Below are positions 21,114 through 30,964 of a DNA stretch of 64,000 bases, in pieces. The DNA is from an uncultured bacterium (GTDB taxonomy: Bacteria > Hydrothermota > UBA3073 > NMUJ01 > CBEVQO01). The position numbers were made by a program, and so were the translations under genes. The stretch covers positions 64,001 to 128,000 of the forward strand of contig CBEVQO010000002.1 of NCBI GenBank assembly GCA_965552055.1. The letters run 5' to 3'. How positions within the stretch are numbered: the first letter of the stretch is position 1; every line of letters begins with the position of its first letter. The notes beneath the pieces were generated by a model. The model saw only the letters and a program-made list of their open reading frames with translations. It was not told the DNA's origin and did no database searches.

Positions 21114-21206
21114 AACCCCTCCTTTTAAAAAATTATAGTGATTATGTGAGTATGTCAAGAAATTTTCGCCAACCTTGACTGAGTGAATATTTGATTATAT
21201 TGATTG

Positions 21207-22148
21207 ATGGGCATAGATTTCATAATTACCATAGAAAATAAGTCAAACAGGACGAAATCTGAGGTTGATAAGTTTCTTGAAGGCGAATGGGAGTTGTTCA
21301 CCTGGCGTAGCAAGAAATATGCTACAATGTTACACACACCAAGGGCATTTGGTGTTGCATGGGGACAAACCTGGGATTATTTACCACGCTGGGAAAGGAT
21401 AGAATGGGAATGTTTACGCCAGGAGATATATAAAGCATGGGAGTTCTTCGGCAAGGGCAAGGTTTATGTTGGCGATGACTTATTTCGCAAAGCAATACCT
21501 GATAATGAAGATGATGAAGAATTTTCTTTACCATGCGAACTCGATAAAGAGATGTTGTTTCCACCTGATTATAGGAAATATCCAGAATTGAAGTATGTGA
21601 AGGAGAAAAAAGTCTGCACCCAATGGCTAATTCCTTATAAGAAGGTATCCAGAGAGATTTTGCGTCAGGAGAAAGAAAGAGTAAGTGATGAACTCGAATG
21701 GCTGATACATGGTTTATTTATCCCCACGCTGTCAAGGTTTATAGCAAAACATAAACTAAAAATACGCACTATAATAAGCTGGAATGATCACCACGAGCAC
21801 GAACTTTCTGCTGTTTATTCAGGTAAAAAGATTTGTATACGCATAAGATTTAGATATCACTGGTTTGAAGATGACTTATATAAATTCTTTAAAGATGTGT
21901 CCAGAGAGCTTCGTTTCCTCAATTTAGATTATGAGTATTTGTTGCTCATAATAGGTGTTAAAGAATTTGAAAATAAATCTATTTTAAGGGATTTGCGTAA
22001 GAAAAATTGTTATGTGAGCGTTTACCAAAGTGAAGACATGCTTATGCGCATGTTTAAGCCCTTACCGCCATATCCTGCAAAATTAAATTCACTCATATGC
22101 TATCCTGTAGAGTTATTTCTTAAAATTGCCAATAAGGAATCAAAATAG
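21207..22148 (+). CDS. Hypothetical protein
   Basis: About 313-aa ORF; TTGACT-N15-TATATT ends 5 nt before the ATG at 21207. Confidence 0.7.
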   Translation: MGIDFIITIENKSNRTKSEVDKFLEGEWELFTWRSKKYATMLHTPRAFGVAWGQTWDYLPRWERIEWECLRQEIYKAWEFFGKGKVYVGDDLFRKAIPDNEDDEEFSLPCELDKEMLFPPDYRKYPELKYVKEKKVCTQWLIPYKKVSREILRQEKERVSDELEWLIHGLFIPTLSRFIAKHKLKIRTIISWNDHHEHELSAVYSGKKICIRIRFRYHWFEDDLYKFFKDVSRELRFLNLDYEYLLLIIGVKEFENKSILRDLRKKNCYVSVYQSEDMLMRMFKPLPPYPAKLNSLICYPVELFLKIANKESK

Positions 22149-22150
22149 CA

Positions 22151-22482
22151 TTGCGAGCGAAGCGAGCATAATACCTGTGGGTTATAAAAGCGGAATAGTT
22201 TGTGAGCGGAACCACATTTCAGGAGTTGAAGGTATTTGGGACTTTGCTTTTATATTTTTAATAATTTGTTAAAATTTTTAAATTTTTTATTACGAGCGAA
22301 GCGAGTGCATTACATATGGGTTGTGAGTCAACACCCCGAGCGGGACACATACTTTTGGTAGAGGGTATGGGATGTTTGACTTGACTTATTACGGGTAAAA
22401 CGCTTCAAGTAGCCACAGCGTGTCGGGACTGTGTCCCGCGAGGGGTGTGCACGAGGGCGGTGGGGACAGGGAGGCGGGGCTA
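22151..22482. repeat. Dispersed modular intergenic element, copy C
   Basis: Two CGAGCGAAGCGAG blocks; terminal ~45 bp match copy B; terminal CTA is the rnhC stop codon. Confidence 0.85.
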
Positions 22483-23115
22483 TAATCTATTGAATATAGA
22501 AAAATGAACTTTTGCAACTTCTATCAATCTGCTTTTACCATATCTTTTTATAAATTCTCTGGCAGGTTCTGTAACAAGAAATGTCGCTCCCCTCTTAAAT
22601 TCTATACCATATCTCTCTATCAACTGATTGAATCTTCGTAAAAATTCTGCACGCGCTAAAATGGAAGCAGATGCTACGCAAATCTCTTCCTCTGCCTTTG
22701 GTATCTGTAAAAGTTTTATTTTCCTACCTTTCTTCATAAGCGCTCTTTTTAGCCATTTTTCATCTCCAAATTTATCCGAAATCGCAACAATATCTTCTTC
22801 TTCAACATCTATATCCTTCAAAACATTTTCGAGCGCACGAGCATGTCCCCATGCAAGTATCTTATTTATCGAACCCATCTTTAAATGCAGTTCATTATAT
22901 CTCTTCGGCGATATATATACAACGGAATATTTGCTGATCTCCTTTATCAAATTTTCAAGTTTAAAAATTTTTTTCTCCGATAATTTTTTGCAATCTTTAA
23001 CACCTGCTTCTTTTAGTTCTTTTTCCTTTTCAACTGCTATCAATACAGCTGCTATTGATAATCCACCGAAGAAATCACCTTTGCCCGATTCATCTATTCC
23101 TATTTTGATATGCAC
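22480..23115 (-). CDS. rnhC: Ribonuclease HIII (catalytic domain only)
   Basis: IGIDESGKGDFFG, GVKDCKKL, VASASILAR and AKVHF motifs. Confidence 0.88.
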   Translation of the reverse strand: MHIKIGIDESGKGDFFGGLSIAAVLIAVEKEKELKEAGVKDCKKLSEKKIFKLENLIKEISKYSVVYISPKRYNELHLKMGSINKILAWGHARALENVLKDIDVEEEDIVAISDKFGDEKWLKRALMKKGRKIKLLQIPKAEEEICVASASILARAEFLRRFNQLIERYGIEFKRGATFLVTEPAREFIKRYGKSRLIEVAKVHFSIFNRL

Positions 23116-23819
23116 CTCAAACTATCTTTTTTTGTGACCGTTACTGCACAAAATAAAATTAGAGGATTTTCCGATAATTCCGGTAATCTGTTTGTGTAAT
23201 GTACATCATACCAGCTGCCATTTACTGCGCACACATCATAAATATATAAACCTGTATCCTGTAAGCCAGATGCAAATTCCCATTCTGTTTCTTTTGTGTA
23301 ATAAAGAGTTGTATCACTATCGTGTATCATTCTCAAAATATAAAATTCAGCATAATTGCATGCGGAACACCATTTCAGAACAAAATATTGCCCGGTATAT
23401 ACTGTGTCGGGATTGCATTCCGATATCGTGAAAGTAAGCGGTAAGATGGCTGGAGATGAATTCTCACCTTTTCCCTTTATATCAACATCTGCAACATAAA
23501 GCGTTTCTTCTTCCAAACTTATATTTTGATTTAAGAAAATTCCCTCTCCTTTATATTCGAGTTCGATATTGTTTATTTTAACTTCTGCATTGTATGCATA
23601 TTCGAAACCTTCTGGGATTGAAGGTGAAGTATCACCTATGAATGGCATCTCTGCATATTTTTTATCGTCCGGATTTTTGTAATATCTTTTTGATATGAGG
23701 AAAAGAGCAATGCACTTACCTGACTCAAACTTTGCGATATATCCTGTTGCTATGTATTGTGTGCGTAAAGGATGTTCACAGAAAAGAATCAGTGGCAATA
23801 GTAGTAATATCTTCTTCAT
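23100..23819 (-). CDS. Putative lipoprotein
   Basis: MKKILLLLPLILFC signal peptide ending in Cys. Confidence 0.65.
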   Translation of the reverse strand: MKKILLLLPLILFCEHPLRTQYIATGYIAKFESGKCIALFLISKRYYKNPDDKKYAEMPFIGDTSPSIPEGFEYAYNAEVKINNIELEYKGEGIFLNQNISLEEETLYVADVDIKGKGENSSPAILPLTFTISECNPDTVYTGQYFVLKWCSACNYAEFYILRMIHDSDTTLYYTKETEWEFASGLQDTGLYIYDVCAVNGSWYDVHYTNRLPELSENPLILFCAVTVTKKDSLRCISK

Positions 23820-25132
23820 AAATTGAACTTATCTTTTATTATGTCTTTGAGGTTTGGGGATGTAAGTTCCTGCAATTCGTATCTCACATGAATTATAGGT
23901 TTATCTGTTTTTACAACTCTGTTTAAATCAATTGGTGTTGCTGCTACTATGACATCGCACGGAGTTTTGTTTATCGTTTCCTGTAATTCTTTTATTTGCT
24001 TTTCTCCGTATCCCATTGCAGGTAGCAATTTTCCTATATGCTTATATTTCTCAAAAGTTTCTTTTATTGAACCCACTGCATAGGGTCTTGGGTCTATTAA
24101 TTCCTTTGCTCCGTATTTTTGTGCAACGATAACAGCTGCTCCATAGGGCATCTCACCGTGTGTCAATGTTGGACCATCTTCCACAGCGAGAACCTTTTTA
24201 CCTTTTATTTTTTCTGCTTCTTCGACGAAGATAGGCGATGCTGCTTCTACTACTATAGCATCTGGATTTGTTTCTTTTATTGATTTTTTGACCTTTTCGA
24301 CATTTTCCTTTTCCGCTGTATCCACTTTGTTTATCACCACAACATCTGCCATCCTCAAATTTGTTTCACCAGGATGATATTTTACTTCGTGACCAGGGCG
24401 ATGTGGGTCTGCTACAACTATATGAAGGTCGGGCTTATAGAATGGGAAATCATTATTACCGCCATCCCATACGATAAAATCTGCTTCTTTTTCTGCTTCT
24501 TCAAGAATTTTTTGATAATCAACCCCTGCATATACAACATTTCCTGCTCTTATGTGAGGTTCATATTCTTCTCTTTCTTCGATTGTGCATTTATGTTTAT
24601 CGAGGTCTTCGAAAGATGCGAATCTCTGGCATATTTGCTTTCTCAGGTCTCCATAGGGCATTGGATGTCGTATTACTGCTACTTTTTTGCCGAATTCTCT
24701 TAAAATTTTTGCTACTCTTCTCGTTGTCTGGCTTTTACCGCTTCCTGTTCTCACAGCACAAACAGATATTACGGGTTTTTTGGATTTTAGCATAGTGGAT
24801 TTTGGACCCATGAGCATGTAGTCTGCACCTGATGCAAGTGCGATTGATGCCCTGTGCATAACATATTCGTGAGAAACATCACTGTAGGCAAATACAACAA
24901 GGTCAACATTGTGTTTTTTAATTAGTTCGGGCAAATCTTCTTCCGGGAATATGGGTATTCCCTTTGGATATAATTTTCCTGCGAGTTCTTTTGGATAAAC
25001 TCTACCTTCGATATCTGGTATCTGGGTAGCTGTGAAAGCTACCACTTCGTAATCTTCATTATCTCTGAAAAATACATTGAAATTATGGAAATCCCTTCCT
25101 GCTGCTCCCATTATAATCACTTTACGCCTCAT
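23816..25132 (-). CDS. P-loop protein of the cyclic 2,3-diphosphoglycerate synthetase / ArcE-like family (COG2403)
   Basis: GAAGRDFHNFN, RTGSGKS, RHPMPYG, WDGGNND and EDGPTLTHG motifs. Confidence 0.85.
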   Translation of the reverse strand: MRRKVIIMGAAGRDFHNFNVFFRDNEDYEVVAFTATQIPDIEGRVYPKELAGKLYPKGIPIFPEEDLPELIKKHNVDLVVFAYSDVSHEYVMHRASIALASGADYMLMGPKSTMLKSKKPVISVCAVRTGSGKSQTTRRVAKILREFGKKVAVIRHPMPYGDLRKQICQRFASFEDLDKHKCTIEEREEYEPHIRAGNVVYAGVDYQKILEEAEKEADFIVWDGGNNDFPFYKPDLHIVVADPHRPGHEVKYHPGETNLRMADVVVINKVDTAEKENVEKVKKSIKETNPDAIVVEAASPIFVEEAEKIKGKKVLAVEDGPTLTHGEMPYGAAVIVAQKYGAKELIDPRPYAVGSIKETFEKYKHIGKLLPAMGYGEKQIKELQETINKTPCDVIVAATPIDLNRVVKTDKPIIHVRYELQELTSPNLKDIIKDKFNL

Positions 25133-25509
25133 AACCCCTCCTTTTTATCTTCCAGATTTTTGTAAAATTCTTTTATCTCTTCCAATCTCATTTCAATTTC
25201 TTCAAACATCGGGTCTCTATCGTAATAACCTGTGATATGAAACACTTCTCTCACTTTTTCAAATAAATCAATGAGTTCTTTCCCGCCATGCTTCACAACC
25301 ATAAATCTTGTGCCCCTGTAAGTCTTCGGTAATTCCTCCTCTTTCACACCTTTTTGCAATAAAAATTCTTTTAATGCGAGATTGAAAGATAGCCATATCT
25401 TTTCACAGCCATTAATTGCCTTTTCGATAATATTTTTCTCTTTGCCTTCTTTTATCTCCTTTTCACCTATCTCAAGATATTTTTTTGCTTCTTCAAGGTA
25501 TTTACCCAT
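25129..25509 (-). CDS. PaREP1/HEPN-like protein, copy 4
   Basis: YLEEA...EKIWLS...REVFHITGYY; tandem paralogue. Confidence 0.7.
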   Translation of the reverse strand: MGKYLEEAKKYLEIGEKEIKEGKEKNIIEKAINGCEKIWLSFNLALKEFLLQKGVKEEELPKTYRGTRFMVVKHGGKELIDLFEKVREVFHITGYYDRDPMFEEIEMRLEEIKEFYKNLEDKKEGL

Positions 25510-25879
25510 ATTTCTTATCCTCCAGATTTTTGTAAAATTCTTTTATTTCTTCTAATCTCATTTCAATTTCTTTAAACATAGGACATCTATCGTAAAATCC
25601 AGTAAGATGAAATACTTCTCTCACTGCTTCGAAAAATTTCGTGAATTCTCTGTCACCATGTTTAACAAGCATATACCTTAAGCCTCGAATAGTGCCAGGC
25701 AATTCTTCCTCCTTTATACCTTTTTGCAATAAAAATTCTTTTAATGCGAGATTGAAAGATAACCATATCTTTTCACAGCCATTAACCGCTTTTTCGATAA
25801 TGTTTTTCTCTTTGCCTTCTTTTATCTCCTTTTCACCTATCTCAAGATATTTTTTTGCTTCTTCAAGGTATTTACCCAT
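25502..25879 (-). CDS. PaREP1/HEPN-like protein, copy 3
   Basis: Start set at MGKYLEEA (25879) by homology with the other copies. Confidence 0.7.
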   Translation of the reverse strand: MGKYLEEAKKYLEIGEKEIKEGKEKNIIEKAVNGCEKIWLSFNLALKEFLLQKGIKEEELPGTIRGLRYMLVKHGDREFTKFFEAVREVFHLTGFYDRCPMFKEIEMRLEEIKEFYKNLEDKKYG

Positions 25880-26249
25880 ATTTCTTATCCTCCAGATTTT
25901 CATAAAATTCTTTTATTTTTTTTAATACCACTACAATTTCTTCGAATATCGGAGTTCTCTCGTAAAAACCCGTTGTATGAAAGACATCCCTTACATCTCC
26001 GAATAACTGGATTAACTCTTCATCGCCATATTTTACAACCATAAATCTCAACCCCCTGGCAGTATTCGGTAACTGCTCCTCCTTTACTCCTTTTTGCAAT
26101 AAAAATTCTTTTAATGCAAGATTGAAAGATAACCATATCTTTTCACAGCCATTAACCGCTTTCTCAATTATGTTTTTCTCCTTGCCTTCTTTTATCTCTT
26201 TCTCACCTATCTCAAGATATTTCTTTGCTTCTTCGAGATATTTACCCAT
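25872..26249 (-). CDS. PaREP1/HEPN-like protein, copy 2
   Basis: Tandem paralogue, RDVFHTTGFY. Confidence 0.7.
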   Translation of the reverse strand: MGKYLEEAKKYLEIGEKEIKEGKEKNIIEKAVNGCEKIWLSFNLALKEFLLQKGVKEEQLPNTARGLRFMVVKYGDEELIQLFGDVRDVFHTTGFYERTPIFEEIVVVLKKIKEFYENLEDKKYG

Positions 26250-26619
26250 ATTTCTTATCCTCCAGATTTTTATAAAATTCTTTTATCTCGGATAATAGTT
26301 CTTCAATTTCTTCAAATATGGGATCTCTATCATAAAATCCCGTTATATGAAACTCTTCTCTTACTTTACGGAATAAATCGAATAACTCTTTTCCGCCATA
26401 CTTTCTGGTCATAAATCTTAATCCCCGAGTAGTCCCCGGTAATTCCTTCTCTTTCACACCCTTTTGCAATAAAAATTCTTTCAAAGCGAGATTGAAAGAT
26501 AACCATATCTTTTCACAACCATTAACCGCTTTCTCAATTATGTTTTTCTCCTTACCTTCTTTTATCTCCTTTTCACCTATCGCAAGACATCTTTTTGCTT
26601 CTTCAAGGTATTTACCCAT
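26242..26619 (-). CDS. PaREP1/HEPN-like protein, copy 1
   Basis: Tandem paralogue, REEFHITGFY; TAATG overlap with the sat stop. Confidence 0.7.
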   Translation of the reverse strand: MGKYLEEAKRCLAIGEKEIKEGKEKNIIEKAVNGCEKIWLSFNLALKEFLLQKGVKEKELPGTTRGLRFMTRKYGGKELFDLFRKVREEFHITGFYDRDPIFEEIEELLSEIKEFYKNLEDKKYG

Positions 26620-27752
26620 TATTCAACAAATGGATTATCATATTTCATTATAAATTCGGCAACTTCTGGACGGAAAATTTCTTCAGGTGGACATTTACCC
26701 TGTTGAAACATCTCCCTTATCTTCGTGCCACTAAAATAAATCCTATCATCTTTATGAGGACATGTTTTTTCATTCATTATTGATTTGCATTTTTTACAGT
26801 AGAAAAATGTAGTGAAAAATATCGGCTGTATCTCAAGGTCTGGAAAATCCTTAAATATTTCGTGAGCTGCAAATGGATGATAGAAATTTCCAACACCTGC
26901 GTGGTCTCTTCCTATCAAAATATGTGTACAGCCAAAATTTTTCCTTATTATGGCATGATGGATTGCTTCAAGGGGTCCTGCATATCTCATCTGCATCGGC
27001 AATATCCCGAGAAATACCCTATCTTCAGGATAATAATTCTTAATCAATATCTCGTATGATTTCAAAATAACATCATCTTTAAAATCTCCTTTCTTTTTTC
27101 TTCCGATAACAGGATTTATGAACAGTCCATCGAGAAAAGAAAGTGCTGTTTTCTGCAAGAATTCGTGTCCCATGTGCGGTGCATTACGCGTCTGAAAGCC
27201 CACAACTTGTTCCCAGCTCCTTTTGGAGAATTCAGAGCGAGTTTCTTCAGGAGTATAAAAATATTTCTTAAATTCACCAAGCAAATCTTTAAAATCTTCA
27301 AAAATTTTAACTTCTCCTGCAAAAATAACATCGCCATATTCTGCAAGGCGTGCAACACCTGGATGACGCACATCAACCGTTTGAAAAACACATCTCGCAA
27401 ATTCTTCTTTGTTAAACTTATATTTCTCATGCAAATGCAAAATGCCTATCTTTCTGCCCTTTTTATCGCACAATAAAATCTCACTATCAATTGAAAATTC
27501 TTTTGATTTTTCTTCTTCAACCGGTAAAATTATTGGAATGGTCCAAGGAGTACCGTCTGTTAATCTTTTTTCATGTAAAACAGATTGATATTCTTTTTCG
27601 GGTAAGAAACCGGTTAAAGGACTGTAAATCCCGCAACCTATATCAATCACATCATAAACAAAATCATCATGAATCACAAGTTTTTTGTCGGGTAACTCTT
27701 TTTCCTTACTAACTATATTTTTCACAAGTATTTTGCCATGTGGCTTTATCAT
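26619..27752 (-). CDS. sat: Sulfate adenylyltransferase
   Basis: SPLTGF, FQTRNAPHMGHE, MRYAGP and GRDHAG motifs. Confidence 0.96.
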   Translation of the reverse strand: MIKPHGKILVKNIVSKEKELPDKKLVIHDDFVYDVIDIGCGIYSPLTGFLPEKEYQSVLHEKRLTDGTPWTIPIILPVEEEKSKEFSIDSEILLCDKKGRKIGILHLHEKYKFNKEEFARCVFQTVDVRHPGVARLAEYGDVIFAGEVKIFEDFKDLLGEFKKYFYTPEETRSEFSKRSWEQVVGFQTRNAPHMGHEFLQKTALSFLDGLFINPVIGRKKKGDFKDDVILKSYEILIKNYYPEDRVFLGILPMQMRYAGPLEAIHHAIIRKNFGCTHILIGRDHAGVGNFYHPFAAHEIFKDFPDLEIQPIFFTTFFYCKKCKSIMNEKTCPHKDDRIYFSGTKIREMFQQGKCPPEEIFRPEVAEFIMKYDNPFVE

Positions 27753-28861
27753 CTCTTTATCAATTCAAAAATCAATTTCGTTGCATTCACCATATCACTT
27801 ATTTTGATAAACTCCTGATGGGTATGTACTTTTTGCATCCCAGTTCCCAGAATTACACATTTTATCCCCTTTTCATTGAAAACATTGGCATCGCTACCAC
27901 CGCCAGAAATAGCTGTATGCATATCAAAGCCAAGATGCCTCCCCGCTTCAAATACTTCTTTTACAATCTCATCATCTTCCGAAATTCTAAAGCATTTATA
28001 ATCTTTCCTTATATCAATTTCATCCCTTGCAAATTTTAATTCTCCATCGATAATTTTCGCAGATTCTTTAATAGCATCGAAGACACATTTTTTGATTTCA
28101 TTCACAACCATTTCAAGTTTATATTCTTTATGGCTTCTTGCTTCTGCTTTAATTTCGACATAATCTGGCACAATGTTTGAAGCAGTTCCTCCTTTTATAA
28201 CACCGACATTTGCTGTTGTTTCAGAATCTATTCTGCCACAGGGCATCCTTGCAATCGCTTTACTGGCTACCTGAATTGCGTTTATACCTTTCTCGGGCGA
28301 TGCACCGGCATGTGCTTTTATACCATAAATTTTTATATGGATGCGACAGGCAGAAGGTGCACCCACAACGACTTCATCAACATCACCATGGTCAAGAACA
28401 AAGCCATATTTTGACTTCAATTTTGAATAGTCAAGATTTTTCGCACCATACAAGCCTATCTCTTCTTCACGCGTAAACACAATTTCGAGTGACCTGTGTT
28501 TTAAACCATTTTCCTTTATCATCCTTATAGCCTCTATTATCTCCGCTACACCTGATTTTGCATCGGCACCCAAAATCGTCTTACCATCTGTCTTTATAAT
28601 ATCACCATTTATTTGAACATTGATATCAGGAGTATCTTCAACTGTATCAAGATGGGAATTTAGCATCACAAAATTACCTTCGCCATTAAAGCGAATTATC
28701 AAATTACGATAATTATCATAAAAAATCTCATCGGCATTTAAATCTCTAAAAATTTTCTCAATATAACGGGAAATCTCCTCTTCCTTCTTAGATGGACTTC
28801 TTATCTTCGCAAGATTTAAAAAAGTTTCTATCAATCTTTCTTTATTAACTTCAATAGACAT
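27749..28861 (-). CDS. M20 family peptidase (peptidase T-like)
   Basis: SHLDTV, LGADAKSG, EEIG, GGSDAN and VHT motifs. Confidence 0.9.
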   Translation of the reverse strand: MSIEVNKERLIETFLNLAKIRSPSKKEEEISRYIEKIFRDLNADEIFYDNYRNLIIRFNGEGNFVMLNSHLDTVEDTPDINVQINGDIIKTDGKTILGADAKSGVAEIIEAIRMIKENGLKHRSLEIVFTREEEIGLYGAKNLDYSKLKSKYGFVLDHGDVDEVVVGAPSACRIHIKIYGIKAHAGASPEKGINAIQVASKAIARMPCGRIDSETTANVGVIKGGTASNIVPDYVEIKAEARSHKEYKLEMVVNEIKKCVFDAIKESAKIIDGELKFARDEIDIRKDYKCFRISEDDEIVKEVFEAGRHLGFDMHTAISGGGSDANVFNEKGIKCVILGTGMQKVHTHQEFIKISDMVNATKLIFELIKR

Positions 28862-28878
28862 CCCTTATAATAAGCATT

Positions 28879-29955
28879 TTACGAATTTGTCAACAACTTT
28901 TTTAATATTATGGGATACAATTTCTTAACAGGTGAAATATTATGGAACAAAATAGAAACTTCTCCCCCAAATTTTTCTATTTCTTTCTTCCCTTTTCTTA
29001 TTTTTTCCCAGATATTTTCATTATTTTTTAGCATTCTGTAAATTGCACTATCCATTATGAAAAGAGGATAAACTTTCACTTTCAATTTTCTGTCAAATGC
29101 TGTACTGTAAGCCCGGAATGGTCTGCATGTGCCACATTTAAAACCAATTTTATCCCTATAACCCATCGAAAAATCATACAAGATGCCAGACTTTTCATAT
29201 TCTAATAAGTCAGAAGGATAATTGAGTAAAAGATAATGAGCCCTCGCACTCCTCACGCTTTTACGGGATAATTTCTCTATTATCTTTTTATCCCTGATTA
29301 TTTTTTTAACATTCGCTATATGTAAACCTATTTCGGAAAAGAAATAACGGGATAAAAAAATTAAAGGTCTGCAAAAAATAGAATTTGCCCTGTAATTGCT
29401 GCCATAAGGACGCTCTATACCCGACAGGAAAAAAATCTTAGTATCGGGAAAATATTTTTTATACTTCCTGTTTATCAAATAAAGTTCATAAAAATCCACA
29501 AAATTTAAAGGATAAAGTTTTTTCCTTATTAAATCGACATCGTGTGTCAAAATTATTTTCTTTTCCTTTTTCATTCCAAACTCAACTCCCTTTTGTTTTG
29601 CAACTTTTCTTAACAATTCAAACAACAAATCACAATAATAATCTGTGAGTGGTGTTAAATAAAGTCCATTTTCCTCAATATATTCGATGCCCCTCTTTGT
29701 AAAAGTCAGGAAAAATATGGCTTTTATCAAATCGAACTCTATCTTTCCTTTCTCCTTCATTTCTTCGACTTCTTCTATTTTTACAATTTTAACTTCTTTT
29801 TCACAGGGAATAAAAACATCTCCATCACAGCCATAGCCAATTGTCAAATCTTCTCCTTCTTTCAGATTATGCCATTCTTTAAATGTATCAAAAACATGTT
29901 TTGCTTTACCTTCAAAATCTTTTTCACATTTTAAATTTACTTTTATCCCACTCAT
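28879..29955 (-). CDS. Polysaccharide deacetylase-like protein
   Basis: LTHDVD, EIGLH, RAHYL, GFKCGTCRPF and LFHN motifs. Confidence 0.8.
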   Translation of the reverse strand: MSGIKVNLKCEKDFEGKAKHVFDTFKEWHNLKEGEDLTIGYGCDGDVFIPCEKEVKIVKIEEVEEMKEKGKIEFDLIKAIFFLTFTKRGIEYIEENGLYLTPLTDYYCDLLFELLRKVAKQKGVEFGMKKEKKIILTHDVDLIRKKLYPLNFVDFYELYLINRKYKKYFPDTKIFFLSGIERPYGSNYRANSIFCRPLIFLSRYFFSEIGLHIANVKKIIRDKKIIEKLSRKSVRSARAHYLLLNYPSDLLEYEKSGILYDFSMGYRDKIGFKCGTCRPFRAYSTAFDRKLKVKVYPLFIMDSAIYRMLKNNENIWEKIRKGKKEIEKFGGEVSILFHNISPVKKLYPIILKKLLTNS

Positions 29956-30917
29956 ACTCTTAAATCTTTAACCCAATCCCAGTTATCTTTGAACCATTTT
30001 ACTGTTCTTTCTATTCCTTCTTCGAGACTTATTTTGGGCTCCCATTTTAACATTTTCTTCGCTTTTGTAATATCCGCCCATGTATGCCGAATATCTGCCT
30101 TATGAAAATTTTTATAAACTATTCTCATTTTCTTACCCGTAAATTTTTCTATCAACTCTATTAAATAATTTAATTTGTGGGGATTGTCTCCTCCCAAATT
30201 TATTATATGAAAATCCGAAAGCGTTAGAGACCTTATGGTCCCTTCTGATATATCATCAACATGCGTAAAATCCCTGCTTTGTGTTCCATCACCATAAACT
30301 TCGATTTCTTTCCCTTCCATTACCTTTTTGATAAACTTAAATACACTCATATCGGGTCTTCCTGCTTCTCCATAAACTGTGAAGTATCTCAAGATTATCA
30401 CATTGATACCATAAAGATAGTGATAAGTATAAGCGAGCATCTCTGCTGCTTTCTTTGACGCTGCATAGGGAGAAATTGGCGAATTCACAGGTAAATCTTC
30501 TTTAAAAGGAAGGGGACAGCCAGCATAAAGTGAAGAAGTTGAAGCCAATATAAATTTCTTAACATTATATTTTTTGCAGAGCTCAAGTAAATTCAATGTA
30601 CCTTTTACATTTGTTGAAAAGTAAACATGTGGATTCTCGATGGAGTATCTAACACCTGCCCGTGCTGCTTCGTTTATGACAATATCAAATTCGTACTCTT
30701 TAAATATCTTCTCCAATTCTTTAAAATTCTCAATGTCTATTTTAAAAAATCTAAAATTTTTAAATTTTTTGAGATGCTCAAGACGCCATTCTTTCAATCT
30801 GACATCATAATAATCGTTAAGATTATCTATGCCGATCACATAGTGTCCCTTTTCCAATAATTTTTCTGCAACTTTCGCACCTATAAATCCTGCAGCACCT
30901 GGTAGTAAAATATTCAC
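29952..30917 (-). CDS. NAD-dependent epimerase (UDP-glucuronate 4-epimerase-like)
   Basis: GAAGFIG, AARAGVRYS, YAASK and GRPDM motifs; GTG at 30917 lies 5 nt from TTGACT-N15-TAAATT. Confidence 0.9.
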   Translation of the reverse strand: MNILLPGAAGFIGAKVAEKLLEKGHYVIGIDNLNDYYDVRLKEWRLEHLKKFKNFRFFKIDIENFKELEKIFKEYEFDIVINEAARAGVRYSIENPHVYFSTNVKGTLNLLELCKKYNVKKFILASTSSLYAGCPLPFKEDLPVNSPISPYAASKKAAEMLAYTYHYLYGINVIILRYFTVYGEAGRPDMSVFKFIKKVMEGKEIEVYGDGTQSRDFTHVDDISEGTIRSLTLSDFHIINLGGDNPHKLNYLIELIEKFTGKKMRIVYKNFHKADIRHTWADITKAKKMLKWEPKISLEEGIERTVKWFKDNWDWVKDLRV

Positions 30918-30964
30918 CAATTAATTTAAAAAATTTACAGAATAGTCAAGTCTTTTCCTTTACT

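Noticed and set aside
25129..26619. CRISPR array or DGR template/variable repeat
   Set aside because: The units are whole protein-coding genes, differences are not limited to adenines, and no reverse transcriptase or cas gene is in the window
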